From Psychrobacter sp. DM4 (lineage in GTDB: Bacteria > Pseudomonadota > Gammaproteobacteria > Pseudomonadales > Moraxellaceae): a stretch of DNA of 32,000 bases. The position numbers and the translations under genes are program-made. Every line of letters starts with the position of its first letter. The first letter of the stretch is position 1. The notes under the pieces are model-generated. The model ran no database searches. It saw only the letters and a program-made list of their open reading frames with translations, and had not been told where the DNA came from. This document shows, piece after piece, positions 1-9,062 of this stretch. Location of the stretch: contig NZ_CP195536.1 of assembly GCF_051307035.1 (NCBI RefSeq), forward strand, positions 1,770,001 to 1,802,000, read 5' to 3'.

Positions 1-1242
1 ACCACCTTTGAGCTCACCGCGTAGCTTTTCGGTCTCAGTGATGTCGGATAAATCAAACTGCGTTACTTGCGGCAAATAAGTATTATAGTTGAGCTGCGGG
101 ATAGAGACCTTTTGCAAGCGGCTCAAATCTACTGTTTCGCTCTCGCCCCAGATCTCGATATTACTCATATCAGGCAAACTGGGTAGTCCTGAGCTGACGT
201 GTCCGCTACTAGTGGGCGCAGCTTTTTGCGTGGTTATACGATCTTTAACATGAGCGAACAGATCTTCTTTTAAGATACGATCGTTGAGTGCTGAACCATC
301 GACTTGAGTGATATCGACGCCCAATTGACGCGCCAGCTTGCGTACGGCAGGGCCTGCATACACTTCAGTCAGTTTTTGATTGATCTCGCTTTCTGTCAAT
401 TTGCTATCAGAGGACTTCTGAGCCGCTTGTTTTGGCTCACCATTGGTTTGTTTTTGCGCAGATGCGGCGGTAGAGGCATTGTTATCTGAACGATCTTTAG
501 ATTCTGACTGAGAAGGCTCAGATTCTGTGCTTTGAGATGACTTGCTCTTAGAATCTCTATCTTGGGACGACTCAGTATCAGCTTTGTCGCTATCACTACT
601 CTGTGAGCCACTACCTTTGATAACGATAAAGTCTTGACCATTAGCCACCATGTCACCAGCTTCAACCAAAATTTTCTCAATAGTACCTGCTTCTGGCGCA
701 GGCACTTCAACCGAGGCTTTATCCGACTCAACTAATAGTATCGACTGATCAGCGCTCACCGTATCGCCGACGCTGACCATAATCTCAGCAACTTGCGCTT
801 CATCAACGCCTAGATCAGGCAAGGCATGAGTCGTAGCAGTACCTGATTGAGCAGCAGGTTTATCTTTATTTGATTCATTTGCGTGATCTGTACTTTTATT
901 ATCTGCTTCTTGCTTATCTTTAGCGTCAGGCTCAGACTCTTCTTCCCTGTTTTTCTCTACGCTATTTTCATCTGTGCTTTGATTATCGTCTTGATTATCT
1001 TGACTGTCATCACTTTCAAGCGCAATCAGTACCATACCTTCGCTGACTTGGTCGCCGACAGCCACATTTATACTAGTGACTTTACCAGCGGCTGAGCTTG
1101 GCACTTCAACGGACGCTTTGTCAGACTCTATCAAAATAATGTTGTCGTCTTTTGCAATAACGTCACCGATTGCTACCATGATCTCACTGACTTCAGCACT
1201 ATCAACACCTAAATCTGGGGCTTTAATATCCATCTTGTCCAT
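1..1242 (-). CDS. aceF: Dihydrolipoamide acetyltransferase (pyruvate dehydrogenase E2), N-terminal ~414 codons; the ORF runs off the left window edge
   Basis: Absent from the ORF track because it is open at the edge. The minus-strand frame from ATG 1240-1242 (alternative ATG 1231-1233) reads MDKMDIKAPDLGVDSAEVSEIMVAIGDVIAKDDNIILIESDKASVEVPS, a lipoyl domain with the DKA lipoyl-lysine motif. A second lipoyl domain (LLVESDKASVEVPAPEAG) lies at ~613-828. An E3/peripheral-subunit-binding domain (VYAGPAVRKLARQLGVDITQV) lies at ~240-365, and the catalytic domain begins before position 1. The gene sits 46 nt downstream of aceE. Confidence 0.95.
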   Translation of the reverse strand, partial: MDKMDIKAPDLGVDSAEVSEIMVAIGDVIAKDDNIILIESDKASVEVPSSAAGKVTSINVAVGDQVSEGMVLIALESDDSQDNQDDNQSTDENSVEKNREEESEPDAKDKQEADNKSTDHANESNKDKPAAQSGTATTHALPDLGVDEAQVAEIMVSVGDTVSADQSILLVESDKASVEVPAPEAGTIEKILVEAGDMVANGQDFIVIKGSGSQSSDSDKADTESSQDRDSKSKSSQSTESEPSQSESKDRSDNNASTAASAQKQTNGEPKQAAQKSSDSKLTESEINQKLTEVYAGPAVRKLARQLGVDITQVDGSALNDRILKEDLFAHVKDRITTQKAAPTSSGHVSSGLPSLPDMSNIEIWGESETVDLSRLQKVSIPQLNYNTYLPQVTQFDLSDITETEKLRGELKGG

Positions 1243-1288
1243 CCTTGTCTTTTAATTTCCTAGTCATGTGATTACTAGTCATATGGTT

Positions 1289-4108
1289 TTATTCTGCGAC
1301 GTCATCATCATTGAGCAAAGCTGCATCAGCTTGATCTTCGGCACGGCCTTCACTAGTGATCTCGTCGTCGTCTTCACCGACAAACTCAGGTACAGGATTT
1401 GGGTTAATATTATCAGAAGCTGGCGCTGGCGCATCTGGGAAATGGTCATAGTGCGGCTGCGTCTGCCACGCAGGTGGCTGGTCGGCATCGATATCGAAGC
1501 TGGAGATGGCGTCTTTGACCAAGCGCATCTCAACCTCGCCTTCATCAGCTAAGCGCTTAAGAGTCGCTACCACGATGTGCGCTGCATCGACATGAAAGAA
1601 GCTACGCAGCTGCTCTCGGGTGTCTGAGCGTCCATAGCCATCAGTACCAAGGGTAGTAAAGGGGCGATTGTCAGGCAGCCAAGCGCGAATTTGCTCTGAG
1701 TAGTTGCGCATGTAGTCGGTCGCCGCCACTACGATACCTTCGTGCGGAGCAAGCTGTTCTGTGATCCATGAGACCTTTTCTTCTTCCATAGGGTGCAGGC
1801 GATTGTAGTCATCACAGGCCATACCATCACGAGTAAGCTCATTGAAGCTGGTCACGCTCCAAACGTTGGAGGTAATATTGAACTCCTCTTTGAGTATTTT
1901 TGACGCTTTTTGTACTTCGCGCAAGATAACCCCTGAGCCTAGCAGTTGTACTTGGCTTGAGCCGTTGTCCTCTAACAGATACATGCCGCGCTTGATACCT
2001 TCTTCTACTCCCTCTGGCATCGCTGGCTGATCGTAATTCTCATTCATTACCGTCAAGTAATAGTAGATACGCTCGCCCTCACCATACATACGGCGCAAGC
2101 CATCATGCATGACTACGGCCAATTCATAACCAAAGCAAGGGTCATAGCTGACGCAATTGGGTACGGTATTGAACAATATTTGCGAATGACCATCTTGATG
2201 CTGCAAGCCCTCACCATTTAATGTTGTACGTCCAGCGGTTGCGCCCAATAAGAACCCTTGCGCCTGACAGTCGCCTGCCGCCCAGGCCAGATCGCCTACT
2301 CGCTGAAAACCAAACATGGAATAGTAAATATATAGCGGTATCATAGGTAGAGCGTTAACCGAGTAACTGGTCGCCAAGGCAATCCAAGCACTCATTGCGC
2401 CTGCTTCATTAATACCTTCTTCTAGCATATGACCATCGATGGCTTCTTTGTATCCCATCAAAGCCTCGCTGTCCTCTGGGGTATACTTCTGTCCTGCCGC
2501 AGAGTAGATACCTAATTGGCGAAACATACCCTCTAGACCAAAGGTGCGCGCCTCATCAGGGACAATAGGCACGACGCGATCTTGAATATCTTTGTTTTTT
2601 AGCATGGCAGATAACAGACGCACGAACACCATAGTCGTCGATTGCTCTTTACCCTTACTACCTTGTAGGACGCGATCAAATATCGATAGCTCTGGAATAT
2701 TAAGTGGGATATGACCACTACGGCGATTGGGCAGGTGACCGCCGAGCGCTTCACGGCGACCTTTGAGATACTTCATCTCTACAGAGTCCTCGGCAGGACG
2801 ATAAAAAGGTAGGGTTTCTAATTGCTCATCGGTAAAGGGTAGATCAAAGCGATCACGGAAGTACAAGAGCGCCTCTTGATCGAGTTTTTTGATCTGATGC
2901 GATTTATTCACCGCTTGTGCTTGGTTTGATAGACCGTAGCCTTTGACAGTCTTTACCAAAATAACAGTCGGCTGACCCTTAGTTTTCATCGCTTCGCTAA
3001 AAGCGGCGTAGACTTTCATCGGATCATGACCACCACGATCTAAACGCGCAATGTCTTTATCAGAGAGCTCATTTGCCATCTCCTCAAGCTCTGGATATTT
3101 TCCAAAAAATTCTTTTCGGACAAATTCAGGAGTACGTGCCTCGTAGAGTTGATACTCGCCATCAACCGCCTCCTCCATACGGTATTTGAGAACACCAGTA
3201 TGATCTTTATCCAGTAGCGTATCCCAATGCCCGCCCCAAACGACCTTGATAACTCGCCAGCCTGCACCGCGGAACACAGATTCTAGCTCTTGGATTATTT
3301 TGCCATTGCCGCGTACGGGGCCATCTAGACGTTGTAGATTACAATTGACGACCCAAATTAGATTATCAAGCTTCTCACGACCTGCCAAGGAGATAGCGCC
3401 CAAACTCTCAGGCTCATCGGTTTCACCATCGCCTAGAAAGGTCCAAATCTTGCGACCCTCAGCTTCAAGTAATTTACGGTTTTCCATATAGCGGTGCACA
3501 TGCGCATGGTAGATCGACATGATGGGGCCAAGACCCATAGATACGGTTGGAAACTGCCAGTAGTCTGGCATCAAGTACGGATGCGGGTAACTTGATAAAC
3601 CTTTGCCGCCCACTTCACGGCGAAAATTATCAAGTTGCTCCTCATCTAAGCGACCCTCTAAATAAGAGCGCGCATAAATACCAGGTGCTGAGTGACCTTG
3701 ATAATAGATCATGTCGCCACCGAAATGATCACTTGCGGCGCGAAAGAAATGATTAAAACCCGTCTCATATAGTGTCGCACTAGAGGCAAAAGTTGCTAAG
3801 TGACCACCCAAATCGTCATCGTTCTTATTTGCTCGCATCACCATCGCAAGGGCATTGTAGCGAATTAAAGCGCGGAGCTTGCGCTCGATAGTCAAGTCAC
3901 CTGGGTACATCGGCTCATCTTCAACGGCGATAGTATTGATGTAGGCCGTATCAAGGCGATTAAAAGGTAAGTCCTCTTGCACCGCCATGTTGTATAGCGC
4001 CTTCAATAAAAACTGCGCGCGGTCTTTGTCAGCATGTTTGATGACCGACTCAAAAGCATCCAGCCACTCTTGAGTCTCTACGCTATCAACATCCTTGTAA
4101 TAATTCAT
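1289..4108 (-). CDS. aceE: Pyruvate dehydrogenase E1 component (homodimeric type)
   Basis: The ORF track gives 1289-4153. I place the start at ATG 4106-4108 (MNYYKDVDSVETQEWLDAFESV) because AAGGA lies ~10 nt upstream. Full-length AceE-like sequence is present (GDGETDEPESLGA, TK-like ThDP-binding regions), followed by a C-terminal acidic extension. Confidence 0.96.
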   Translation of the reverse strand: MNYYKDVDSVETQEWLDAFESVIKHADKDRAQFLLKALYNMAVQEDLPFNRLDTAYINTIAVEDEPMYPGDLTIERKLRALIRYNALAMVMRANKNDDDLGGHLATFASSATLYETGFNHFFRAASDHFGGDMIYYQGHSAPGIYARSYLEGRLDEEQLDNFRREVGGKGLSSYPHPYLMPDYWQFPTVSMGLGPIMSIYHAHVHRYMENRKLLEAEGRKIWTFLGDGETDEPESLGAISLAGREKLDNLIWVVNCNLQRLDGPVRGNGKIIQELESVFRGAGWRVIKVVWGGHWDTLLDKDHTGVLKYRMEEAVDGEYQLYEARTPEFVRKEFFGKYPELEEMANELSDKDIARLDRGGHDPMKVYAAFSEAMKTKGQPTVILVKTVKGYGLSNQAQAVNKSHQIKKLDQEALLYFRDRFDLPFTDEQLETLPFYRPAEDSVEMKYLKGRREALGGHLPNRRSGHIPLNIPELSIFDRVLQGSKGKEQSTTMVFVRLLSAMLKNKDIQDRVVPIVPDEARTFGLEGMFRQLGIYSAAGQKYTPEDSEALMGYKEAIDGHMLEEGINEAGAMSAWIALATSYSVNALPMIPLYIYYSMFGFQRVGDLAWAAGDCQAQGFLLGATAGRTTLNGEGLQHQDGHSQILFNTVPNCVSYDPCFGYELAVVMHDGLRRMYGEGERIYYYLTVMNENYDQPAMPEGVEEGIKRGMYLLEDNGSSQVQLLGSGVILREVQKASKILKEEFNITSNVWSVTSFNELTRDGMACDDYNRLHPMEEEKVSWITEQLAPHEGIVVAATDYMRNYSEQIRAWLPDNRPFTTLGTDGYGRSDTREQLRSFFHVDAAHIVVATLKRLADEGEVEMRLVKDAISSFDIDADQPPAWQTQPHYDHFPDAPAPASDNINPNPVPEFVGEDDDEITSEGRAEDQADAALLNDDDVAE

Positions 4109-4543
4109 CTTGGTCAATCCTTTTTGGGTCTTATCTGTCTGGTGACAGCTCATAGTTAGTATAAAATCTAGTTAAAGTAAAATCGTCATGCTCTTAACAC
4201 AAACCGCAAAAATAATAAATCAAAATAAGCAGTCAATAGTTAAGAGGCTATATCTATCCATTATAGGCACATAGCAGCGAATTGTTTATAGCTTTGAAAA
4301 AATGGTAAAAATACAGGTATTCAGCCAAGAAATGACGAATAGTAATTAGATGAATATTGATAACTTTATGGTTAACTTATACGATCTAAGACCAATTTTT
4401 AGTTGCTAATAAAAGATTGATTTTAAACATTGTTAAGCTTTAATTAAAGTTAAGCTAATGAATTTTTTAATCTAAAGGTGTCAAAAGGGTAAGATTTATT
4501 TTATGATAATAAATACAGATTATTTGATCTACAAGGAAGCGTC
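4109..4543. promoter_or_regulatory. AT-rich divergent intergenic region (aceE promoter to the left, A1 promoter to the right)
   Basis: About 435 nt with no credible ORF and very AT-rich. A -10-like GATAAT at 4505-4510 sits in the context TATTTTATGATAATA, which resembles the TTTGTGATAAT elements at 12246-12256 and 9124-9134. A direct repeat GTTAAGCT occurs at 4432-4439 and 4449-4456. Confidence 0.45.
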
Positions 4544-6613
4544 ATGCAGCTAAATGTTTGTAGTAGACTTATCAAAAATTTGCGTCGTCCAGCTTATATT
4601 GTAGGGATAACCTTACTTACGTTATCTGCACACTCAGCATTTGCTGCCGTTAGCTGCCCTGCTGGTTTCACCTCTGATGAATTCTCAAACTCAGATTATA
4701 CCAATCTTGCTCCGGTGGTCTCACCACCTACTCCACAAAGCAACCAAAATGTTATCGGTATTAAAAGCGAGAGCTACTTGATAGCTTCCAATAGTTTAAC
4801 CACTAGCGGCACTTTAGATACTGGGGGAATAAATAGATATCAATCGGATACTACTGGAGGTGTGCAAGTTTTTCGTTTCTACCAAGACTTTGCCGATAAA
4901 ACGAGTACACGAACCGCGTCTTATACCTTTAGTAATAAATTTTCCAATCAGCCTCAGGCGCTCACTAATGTTGGTATTAGTATTTACGACATAGACACAA
5001 GCTACGTAGGGACAGACTTTGCTGGTAATAGGTATTTCGAGTTTTTTGACCAAGCGACCGTCACAGGGGTTACTAGTGCAGGGACGACGATTAGTCCAGT
5101 CTTACAATCTAAAGGCGCTGGAATTACCAGCATAGCACCTTATCGGCAAACAAATTTGACTAGCAGTGTCAGTTGCGGCGGCTTGAACGACAATTGCAGA
5201 GTTTCATTGTCATTCAACCAGCCTGTTGTAAAAGTAGACATTACTTACGGTAATAATACTGACTTAAATTATTTTGATCAAAGTGATGATGACGGCGATG
5301 GTAATCAATTCAATGATCCTGGCGATCAGCTAGTTGATATAAGATTTGATGGCTATTGTTATCAGCCGCAGCCGCGATTGATTTACACAAAAGCATTGTC
5401 TGACCCTCGCATTATAGATACAGATGAGTTTAGGATTCAGATAACAGATAACGCAAATAATACCTCAGTGACCAGTGGTATCAGTACGACGACGACAGCA
5501 GGAGAAGGTAATACTGTTACTACTGGTACAGGTACAACAGGGACTTTTAGAGTTGATCCTACCAAGACATATACTTTGACCGAGATTGCCTCAGGCACCA
5601 CAAACCTGTCAAATTATAATGCTACTTATACTTGTAGAAGATCAGATGGTACAACAGTGACAACGCTAAATCCAAATAGCCTAAAACTTACTTATGGGGA
5701 CAATTGGACTTGTACCATTACTAATAGTCGCAGTTTTATCTTTTCAGGTATCGTCTTTAACGACAACGGCGGTATTACAGCGAGTAGTGCTGATAGACAG
5801 AACATCTCTTCAACCTTCATCGGTAATGGCAGCTACTTTAACGGAACCTTTGATAGTGCTACTGAATCTGGCATATACGACAACAACTTACAAGTTCGAT
5901 TGACCAACTGTAATGGCACCAACATCGCAACCACCTCGCCCAATCCGCAGACAGTATCGAATGATAATGCCACTAGAGGTCGATATAACTTTATCGTACC
6001 AGCGAGTGCGCTTGCCAATAGCACTAGAGTCTGCGTGGTAGAGAATGAACCAAGCGCTTGGGACTTTACAATAGATACCACACCAGATACGCGCGAGGTC
6101 ACATTGGTTGCCAATGTCTTTGAATACAAAACCGAGAGAAATAGTGCAGGCGCAATCACGCGCAATTTAGATTTTGGTGAAGTTCGGGCTGCAAATGCAG
6201 CGTTAGTACTCATAAAATCTCAATACGTTCACGACTGTAACGCTAGTCTTAATTATCAAAATGTCGGTAGTAGTGAGAATCCAACACAAGGTTTTAGTAC
6301 CAACCCAATTAGTAATATTGAATCTGGAAGGTGTATCGCTTACCGTATTCAAGCGTTTAACCGAGGTCATATAGCGCTACAGCAAGTACGAATAAGTGAT
6401 GAGTTGCAATCTGACCCTGTCGCTTCAGTGTTCAAGCGTCCAGCGCCTCTGTTTATTCCAACCTCAGTCGCCAGTCCAACGGTTGCATACGATACCAATG
6501 GCACTATTCAATCTAATCTGTTTAGTTTGACTGCAACATCAACTACGGCAAGTGTACCGCCTTCAGCGAGGTTGTTTTTCAATACTAAATTTGGTACGAC
6601 TCAATCAAACTGA
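4544..6613 (+). CDS. Secreted multi-domain Ig-like surface protein A1 (putative tip adhesin-like; paralogue of A2)
   Basis: 689-aa ORF with AAGGA 6 nt upstream. Signal peptide ends ...LSAHSAFA|AVSC. Domains by eye: an N-terminal domain bracketed by Cys38 and Cys272; a SpaA/prealbumin-like domain (YTLTE ... NWTCTITN); an SdrD-B-like domain starting FIFSGIVFNDNGGIT; and a C-terminal DUF11-like domain (ALVLIKSQYVHDC...GRCIAYRIQAFNRG...RISDEL). Composition is Thr/Asn/Ser-rich. Confidence 0.85.
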   Translation: MQLNVCSRLIKNLRRPAYIVGITLLTLSAHSAFAAVSCPAGFTSDEFSNSDYTNLAPVVSPPTPQSNQNVIGIKSESYLIASNSLTTSGTLDTGGINRYQSDTTGGVQVFRFYQDFADKTSTRTASYTFSNKFSNQPQALTNVGISIYDIDTSYVGTDFAGNRYFEFFDQATVTGVTSAGTTISPVLQSKGAGITSIAPYRQTNLTSSVSCGGLNDNCRVSLSFNQPVVKVDITYGNNTDLNYFDQSDDDGDGNQFNDPGDQLVDIRFDGYCYQPQPRLIYTKALSDPRIIDTDEFRIQITDNANNTSVTSGISTTTTAGEGNTVTTGTGTTGTFRVDPTKTYTLTEIASGTTNLSNYNATYTCRRSDGTTVTTLNPNSLKLTYGDNWTCTITNSRSFIFSGIVFNDNGGITASSADRQNISSTFIGNGSYFNGTFDSATESGIYDNNLQVRLTNCNGTNIATTSPNPQTVSNDNATRGRYNFIVPASALANSTRVCVVENEPSAWDFTIDTTPDTREVTLVANVFEYKTERNSAGAITRNLDFGEVRAANAALVLIKSQYVHDCNASLNYQNVGSSENPTQGFSTNPISNIESGRCIAYRIQAFNRGHIALQQVRISDELQSDPVASVFKRPAPLFIPTSVASPTVAYDTNGTIQSNLFSLTATSTTASVPPSARLFFNTKFGTTQSN

Positions 6614-6658
6614 TTGATGGCTGCCCTATCATAAGCAGCTTTTGAGATAGCGACATCG

Positions 6659-6697
6659 AAACAGACACATATATCAATAAGAGTGTCTGTTTTGTTC
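6659..6697 (+). terminator. Rho-independent terminator after A1
   Basis: AAACAGACAC (6659-6668) pairs perfectly with GTGTCTGTTT (6683-6692) and runs into TTTTGTT. Confidence 0.6.
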
Positions 6698-6709
6698 TGT
6701 GTGCATACT

Positions 6710-6781
6710 CTTGCATTTCATCCTGATATAACTACCTCTCATACTTTATTGTTAGGCTTTACTTGCGTCTTTGTATAAGAT
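6710..6781 (+). promoter_or_regulatory. Putative A2 promoter with two 21-bp-phased repeat boxes
   Basis: The proximal box ACTACCTCTCA (6731-6741) matches the ACTACCATTCA box of the B2 promoter at 9/11 positions. The distal box CTTGCATTTCA (6710-6720) matches at 6/11 and lies exactly 21 bp upstream. TTTGTATAAGAT (6770-6781, -10-like TATAAG) starts 39 nt after the proximal box, the same geometry as at 9063-9134 and 12185-12256. Confidence 0.45.
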
Positions 6782-6858
6782 TAAACACTCAAAGTAATAT
6801 CATAATTTTGATTCTTTACTTAATAGCTAAAGAGCCAAAGATCATAAGGCGTAACGAT

Positions 6859-8913
6859 ATGCACAATATTCACATCTCTCTGTATACTCGTGTAGCCAAT
6901 ATGCCTACATATCGAGTACTCGTATCGCTTGCCTTTATGATAGGTTTTTTTGGTACTGAAGCTAACGCCAATTTCGAATCTACTGCGACCTCTACAGCTG
7001 CTGCTTGTCCCATAAATCATAAGATGTACTTTATTGGTGCCAACGCCAATGCTCCTGCGTCAACGCCAGACTTTCCCGTAGTGAGCTTACCTCTCAACTG
7101 GACAGCTGGAGACTCTTCGAGAAATTTTACTTTCGCAGAATCTTCAGGAAACAAAACCTTCAATATTAATTTCTCATCGATTGTGGAAAAAAACAATAGT
7201 CAAGGTGCTCCTCCTTTCTATGGGTCTATTAATGGCAGCACATCTTCTGCTATTAACTTGGTTCACGACTCTACATCGACTGTAAATAACCATATTTTAA
7301 ATATTAGTACCAATCGCTCAGTGAGTAAGGCAGGCTATGAAATACAAGATGTAGACTCCTTAACCTCTAATGTTATTATTGGGTATATTGGTTTCTTTCC
7401 AATTCGCGCAGATAGAACACCATATGCAGAACAGATAGACGTATCTGCCAACGGTGGTCGGTTGACATTTAATAGTTTGTTTCATGCTGCTAACAACCCT
7501 GCTCCTAATACCAGTATAGTGACCGCAATTGAAGGTCAGAACTGTTCTACTGGTGAGTGTGATATTGATGCTTCTTGGGGTTACAAAGCTGCAAATAGCG
7601 TCCTAGGATTGAGACATAATAATACGATTAATGAAACCCCTGCTCCACATGCTGTTGGATATTCTAATTTTTATTTTTGTTTAGCACCACCTAAAGTTCT
7701 TGTAAAAAAAGTACTAGCTGGTAACCGTGTCAATGATACTGATACTAATCGAGATCAGTTTGAGCTTAGTATTAACAGAGGAACAACGGTTGTCAATGCG
7801 GTTACCACGACAGGCTCAGGTTCAGCCGTCACGAACAACAACAATCGAAATGCTGTAAGCATAGCTGAAAACACAAGCTATACCATTACTGAACGCGTCA
7901 GAAATGGTACAACGCTTGGTGAGATTGCAAATTATAATGCTACTTATACCTGTACCAATGCGACCACAGGTAGTACCACTGTCATGCCCACTGCAAATAT
8001 GGTATTTAATGCGACTACAAAAACTCGTTCGTTTACGTTGGCTAGTACCAATTTTGGTGATGAGATAACTTGTACCATTACCAACACACCAATCGGCTAT
8101 ACTTTTTCGGGTACTGTATTTGATGATAATGGTGGTATTACAGATAGTGAAGCCAACGCTACTAACGCAGACATTGCTAGTAGCAGTAGCCCTTACGCGA
8201 ATAGACCCAATTATTTTAATGGGGTATTTAATACACCTCAAGAGCTCGGTATTGCTGGCAGTACGGTCAAATTAGTCAACTGTACGGCCCCTAGTACCGT
8301 TTATGCCACTCAAGCAGTATCAACAACGGGGACTTACCAGATAAATGCTTCTGCCGCTACGATAAATAGCAATTCTAATAATATCTGCCTAGTAGAAGAG
8401 CGCGCTGGTACTGATTACCCTATTCGTACCAACGCACCTACTAAGACGGTCAATATAGTCACCAATACCTTTGATTACCCTAATAATAACTTTGGTCGCG
8501 TGATCGCTGCAAACGTCGCCTTGGTGCTCAAAAAGTCTCAATACATCAATAACTGCCCTGCGACACTCAACTACGCTAGTATTGGAGATACCACCAGTCC
8601 ATCGACAGGGTTTAGCTCAGCCTTAGTTGAAAATATCGCACCTGGCAGATGTATCGCCTACAAGATTACAGCGACCAATCGCGCTAATGTCAATATTGAT
8701 AACTTTGTTATGAAAGATATATTACAAAACAAAGGGGTCAACAATGCCATCGTGACGTCAACAATTGCAGCTCCTGCCCCCGCTTCAACAGATTATACGG
8801 CCAACAGCCCTACTATTGGCCAAAATGGTACAATGGAGTCTAAATCCTTTACCTTAAACCCAAGAACCAAACGTGACTTCTATTTCAATACCAAGTACGG
8901 TACCAGTCAATAA
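6859..8913 (+). CDS. Secreted multi-domain Ig-like surface protein A2 (paralogue of A1)
   Basis: The ORF track gives 6763-8913. I prefer ATG 6859 (AAGG 9 nt upstream), with ATG 6901 (MPTYRVLVSLAFMIGFFGTEANA|NFEST) as an alternative. Architecture matches A1: an N-terminal domain from AAACPINH to NFYFCLAPP; a SpaA-like domain (KVLVKKVL...YTITE...EITCTITN); an SdrD-B-like domain (YTFSGTVFDDNGGIT); and a C-terminal DUF11-like domain (ALVLKKSQYINNC...GRCIAYKITATNRA...MKDIL). Confidence 0.85.
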   Translation: MHNIHISLYTRVANMPTYRVLVSLAFMIGFFGTEANANFESTATSTAAACPINHKMYFIGANANAPASTPDFPVVSLPLNWTAGDSSRNFTFAESSGNKTFNINFSSIVEKNNSQGAPPFYGSINGSTSSAINLVHDSTSTVNNHILNISTNRSVSKAGYEIQDVDSLTSNVIIGYIGFFPIRADRTPYAEQIDVSANGGRLTFNSLFHAANNPAPNTSIVTAIEGQNCSTGECDIDASWGYKAANSVLGLRHNNTINETPAPHAVGYSNFYFCLAPPKVLVKKVLAGNRVNDTDTNRDQFELSINRGTTVVNAVTTTGSGSAVTNNNNRNAVSIAENTSYTITERVRNGTTLGEIANYNATYTCTNATTGSTTVMPTANMVFNATTKTRSFTLASTNFGDEITCTITNTPIGYTFSGTVFDDNGGITDSEANATNADIASSSSPYANRPNYFNGVFNTPQELGIAGSTVKLVNCTAPSTVYATQAVSTTGTYQINASAATINSNSNNICLVEERAGTDYPIRTNAPTKTVNIVTNTFDYPNNNFGRVIAANVALVLKKSQYINNCPATLNYASIGDTTSPSTGFSSALVENIAPGRCIAYKITATNRANVNIDNFVMKDILQNKGVNNAIVTSTIAAPAPASTDYTANSPTIGQNGTMESKSFTLNPRTKRDFYFNTKYGTSQ

Positions 8914-8935
8914 TTTAACGTTTTAGACATCCAAA

Positions 8936-8972
8936 AACGCCTATTTAGTTATCCGACTAGATAGGCGTTTTT
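8936..8972 (+). terminator. Rho-independent terminator after A2
   Basis: AACGCCTAT (8936-8944) pairs with ATAGGCGTT (8961-8969) and is followed by a T-run to 8972. Confidence 0.7.
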
Positions 8973-9062
8973 GATTTCGGAAATTTCTTCATACATAGGT
9001 TTCTACCTAAAGCATAGTTTATCTACTTCTCGTCTTGATGAATATTTTCTAGTAATTATGTG

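Noticed and set aside
304-1095. Short ORFs 304-489 (+), 396-731 (-) and 883-1095 (+) at the left end of the window.
   Set aside because: They overlap the unambiguous aceF reading frame (lipoyl and PSBD domains) and have low-complexity, frame-shadow-like translations.
4385-4400. ACCAATT (~4391-4397) as a PdhR operator half-site upstream of aceE.
   Set aside because: Only one half-site is present with no inverted partner, and no pdhR gene is adjacent.
5351-5365. A Cys-x-Gln string (GYCYQP) in A1 as a thioester-domain (TED) Cys-Gln site.
   Set aside because: The context does not resemble the TED motifs I know. A2 has FYFCLAPP with no Gln at this point, and no partner Q-containing motif is evident. 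The Cys is more simply explained as one half of a disulfide with the N-terminal Cys.
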